The position numbers and the translations under genes are program-made. Below the pieces are notes generated by a model. It saw nothing but the letters and a program-made list of their open reading frames with translations. It had not been told where the DNA came from and did not search any database. 64,000 nt of DNA from Mobula hypostoma (taxonomy: Eukaryota): assembly GCF_963921235.1 (NCBI RefSeq), contig NC_086109.1:10480001-10544000 (forward strand), in the 5' to 3' direction. Shown one piece after another: positions 60,320-64,000 of this stretch (positions are counted from its first letter, which is position 1; every line of letters begins with the position of its first letter).

Positions 60320-63300
60320 TGCAGAGTGAAATTTGCGTAACCCCATGACGACAGAATACTTGCGGTTCGAATTTGTTGTGGTCGCTGATGACTTTACACT
60401 ATTGCTGGGAAGCAGGGCCAGCCAGCAAATGAAGCTGATTATGGTCAACAATGACAACTTTTGCAGGGTGCATGCATCTACACTTAAAGAAAAACAATGC
60501 ACACCAGAAGCACGCTATGCAGGGGTGTTCAATGATGCGCTCGGGGAGCTTCCGGGTGCAGCCAACCTGCAGATTGATGAGGAAGTTCAACCCACAGTGT
60601 TACCCCCACGACGTCTACCTCACGCTATGAAGTGGAAAGTGAAAACTGAGCTTGATCAACTGGTAGACTGCAAGGTGATAGCTCCAGTCCATGAACCTAC
60701 AAGGTGGGTTAGCCAGTTAGTGGTCACAGAGAAGAACAACGGCAATCTTCATATATACATTGACCCTCGACCATTGAACAAAGTGCCGAGGAGAGAACAC
60801 TACCCCCTTCTGGTGATAGAGGACATTTTGCCAGATCTTGACCAGGTTAAGGTTTTCAGCAAGCTTGATATGAGTTCTGCATTCTGGCAAGTGAAATTGG
60901 ACCGTAAATCAAACATGCTCACCACTTTCAACACACCTTTCGGATGGTGCAGATGGCTCAGACTCCTGTTTGGAACCAGTGTTTCATCAAAGATCTTCCA
61001 GCGCAGGCTGCATCAGGCGCTGGAAGGACTACCGGGAGTGATCTGCATCGCAGACGACATTCTGGTGTACGGAAAAGGGAGAACACAGGAAAAGGCAATT
61101 GCCGATCATGATGTGAAACTTGGAGCAGCTATTACAGCGTTGTGCAGGGTAGCATATCAGGCTCAACAAGAACAAATCTGTTTTCAGAGTGACAGAGATA
61201 CCCTTTTTGGGGCATCTCATCACAAGTGAGGGATTTCAGCCTGATCCTAAAAAGGTTGCTGACGTACTCAACATGCCAGCACCCATGGATGTGCAGGGAG
61301 TGTAGTGATTGATCGGATTTGTCAACTACCTGAGCCGTTTTCTACCATGTCTCTCAGATACCCTTGAGCCAATACGACAGCTGACAAAGCCAGATGTAGC
61401 ATGGGAGTGGTCGGCTGAGCAGCAAAACGCGCTCTCCAAGATTAAGCGGATGGTATCCGAAGCACCGGTGTTAGCATACTACAATTCTAAGGAAGAGCTA
61501 ACCATCCAATGTGACGCCAGCAACAAAGGCCTAGGGGCAGCACTCCTCCAGAATGGAGGTCAGATCGCATATGCAAGCAGAGTGCTAATGGTCACAGAAA
61601 CGCGTTATGCAACAATCAAAAGGAATGCGATTGTTTTCACACGAGCGTTTTCATCAATACACTTTTGGCTGCTTCACAAGAGTACTCAGCGATCACAAGC
61701 CACTCGAAATGATAGTTAAGAAGCCTTTGGTGAAGGCACCAAAGCGCCTAAAGGGAATGCTTCTTCGCCTGCAGACCTATGACTTTGACATCACCTACTG
61801 TCAAGGAAAGCTCATGCACCTTGCGGATACGCTATCGCGGGCAGTTAGCGGTACTCCAGGCCAGAAGAACAGCTTCGATGAAGTCAACATGCTATCGCAC
61901 CTGCCAATCCACGATGAGCGTCTGGAGCAGATTCGCATAGAAACAGGGAAAGGTGACACACAACAGATGTTGAAACGCGTAATCATCAGTGGATGGCCAA
62001 GCGAACGTGACGCGCTACCAGAGCAACTCACAGCTATAGGGATGAGCTCGCAGTCCAAGACGGCTTAATCTTCAAAGGTGAGCATGTCATCATACCGCAA
62101 AGTGAGCGAAAGCAAATGAAGGAAAGAATTCATTCATCACATTTGGGCGTAGAAGGCTGCCTCAGACGCGCATGCGAATGTCTTTTTTTTGGCCAGGCGT
62201 GAGCAGCGACATTATGCAATATATTGCTACATGTGATGTTTGTCGCACATACGAAATGAGTCAGCAGAAAGAATCGCTTATGAGTCATGAGGTACCTGCT
62301 TGGCCATGGGAAAAGATAGGTACCGACCTGTTTACATTTGAAGGAAAAGAGTATCTTGCACCGTTGATTACTACTTCGAGGTAGATCTTCTTTGTGATAC
62401 GACCAGCGCAGCCATTATTCGCAAATTGAAGGCCCATTTTGCGAGATATGGTAGCCCAACACAAGTGGTTAGTGAGAATGGGCCACAATACATGTCAGCG
62501 GAGTTTCACAGATTTGCACGAGAATGGGATTTTGAGCACTTGTGTAGCAGCCCCAGAAATAGCAGAGCGAATGGAAAAGCTGAATCAGCAGTTTAAACAG
62601 CTAAGCGGATCCTCACAAAGAGCAACAAATCGCGAGCAGATCCCTACCTCGCACTCCTAGACCATGCAACGCACCTTTGCAAGGGCGCAGCACAAGTCCT
62701 GCCCAGCGTTTGATGAATGGCCACACACGCATGCTCCTGCCTACAACAGTGGGTTCTGGAACCCAGAGCTGTACGCGAACACAAGCATATGAAACCGTCC
62801 AGCAGCAGGCCGACAATTACAGCAAATCAGCCAAAGATCTTGCCCCACTCGATGAAGGGGATACTGTGCGCATGCAACCGCTATTGCAAGGTAAAAAGAA
62901 TTGGGAGAAAGCAATTGTGTGTCGGCCTCCTTGATGAGCGTTCGTATGTAGTTCAAACCCCTTCAGGGATCTACCGACATAATTGTACACATCTATGAAA
63001 GACGGCTGAGGAACCGCCTGAAAAGCTAATCACATATGAACAGGCAAAACCAGGTCAAACAACTAAGATCAATGACCACAGTGTGCCTACCACATCAAAT
63101 GCACACAGCCAAACACTAGCAGAGGCTAATGACAATGACAACAGTGTGCCTACCGCATTAAATATACACAGCCAAACACTAGCAGAGGCTAATGACAATG
63201 ACAACAGTGTGCCTACCGCATTAAATATACACAGCCAAACACTGGCAGAGGCTAATGACAATGACTACAGTGTACCTACCGCATTAAATATACACAGCCA

Positions 63301-64000
63301 AACACTAGCAGAGGCTAATGACAATGACTACAGTGTGCCTACCGCATTAAATGCACACAGCCAAACACTGGCAGAGGCTAATGACAATGACAACAGTGTG
63401 CCTACCACATCAAATGCACACAGCCAAACACTGGCAGAGGCTAATGACAATGACCACAGTGTGCCTACCACATCAAATGCACACAGCCAAACACTGGCAG
63501 AGGCTAATGACAATGACAACAGTGTGCCTACCGCATTAAATATACACAGCCAAACACTGGCAGAGGCTAATGACAATGACAACAGTGTGCCTACCGCATT
63601 AAATATACACAGCCAAACACTGGCAGAGGCTAATGACAATGACAACAGTGTGCCTACCACATCAAATGCACACAGCCAAACACTGGCAGAGGCTAATGAC
63701 AATGACAACAGTGTGCCTACCGCATTAAATATACACAGCCAAACACTGGCAGAGGCTAATGACAATGACTACAGTGTGCCTACCGCATTAAATGCACACA
63801 GCCAAACACTAGCAGAGGCTAATGACAATGACTACAGTGTGCCTACCTTATTAAATGCACACAACCAAACACTAGCAGAGGCTAATGACACAATGCAAAC
63901 ACTAACACAAACGTTGAAACACGCAAATAACAAACAACAGGACTTGGACAAAACAGTAAAAACTCGTTCTGGCCGCACAGTGAAAAGGCCACAATATCTA
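60320..64000 (+). mobile_element. Decayed Ty3/Gypsy LTR-retrotransposon pol (RT, RNase H, integrase)
   Basis: IDPRPLNK, IADDILVYG, QCDASNKGLGAALLQ, SDHKPL, HSSHLG...CDVC, GTDLF, SENGPQY, terminal TRSGRTVKRP; several frameshifts and stops; no LTR in the window. Confidence 0.92.
63071..63889 (+). repeat. 63-bp minisatellite, ~13 copies
   Basis: Full units start at 63128 and every 63 bp to 63821; unit translates as NDNDNSVPTALNIHSQTLAEA with variants. Confidence 0.97.

Noticed and set aside
63055..63765. Minus-strand hydrophobic repeat ORFs (SLASASVWLC...)
   Set aside because: Antisense reading of the 63-bp repeat; the + frame continuous with the integrase is the meaningful one
63071..63889. 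CRISPR-like array
   Set aside because: Units are contiguous tandem copies with no unique spacers, the context is eukaryotic and no cas genes are present
50063..64000. Remaining NUCKS1 exons
   Set aside because: No exon encoding the expected KATVTPSP/GRP region was found; they presumably lie beyond the window

Overview
Vertebrate nuclear DNA, most likely from a cartilaginous fish (ray or shark), judged from HE1/V-SINE-like SINEs, abundant CR1 LINEs and the Penelope-type repeats; the species cannot be fixed from this window. Two spliced genes lie on the + strand. The first is the 3' part of RAB29 (RAB7L1): four coding exons between 3613 and 14879, then a ~2 kb 3'UTR. The second is the 5' part of NUCKS1: a CpG-island promoter at ~21.7-22.7 kb and six coding exons between 22606 and 50062, with the rest beyond the window. 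This matches the gene order of the human PARK16 locus. Introns are filled with mobile DNA: CR1 and Rex1/Babar LINE pieces, tRNA-derived SINEs, Tc1/mariner and hAT MITEs, a full-length TSD-flanked L1 (50531-56389, - strand), a decayed Gypsy pol with a 63-bp in-frame tandem repeat, and several Penelope-derived elements with minimal hammerhead-ribozyme motifs, some as fold-back miniatures. The most notable observations are: (1) NUCKS1 exon 4 encodes a UIM-like/RAD51AP1-like motif absent from human NUCKS1 as I recall it; (2) hammerhead-bearing palindromic Penelope miniatures; (3) a perfect 22-bp pre-miRNA-like intronic hairpin at 45201-45255; (4) an extra NUCKS1 exon preceded by an RBFOX-motif cluster. 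Comparisons to human proteins are from memory, not from searches. Repeat boundaries are approximate unless a TSD is given.
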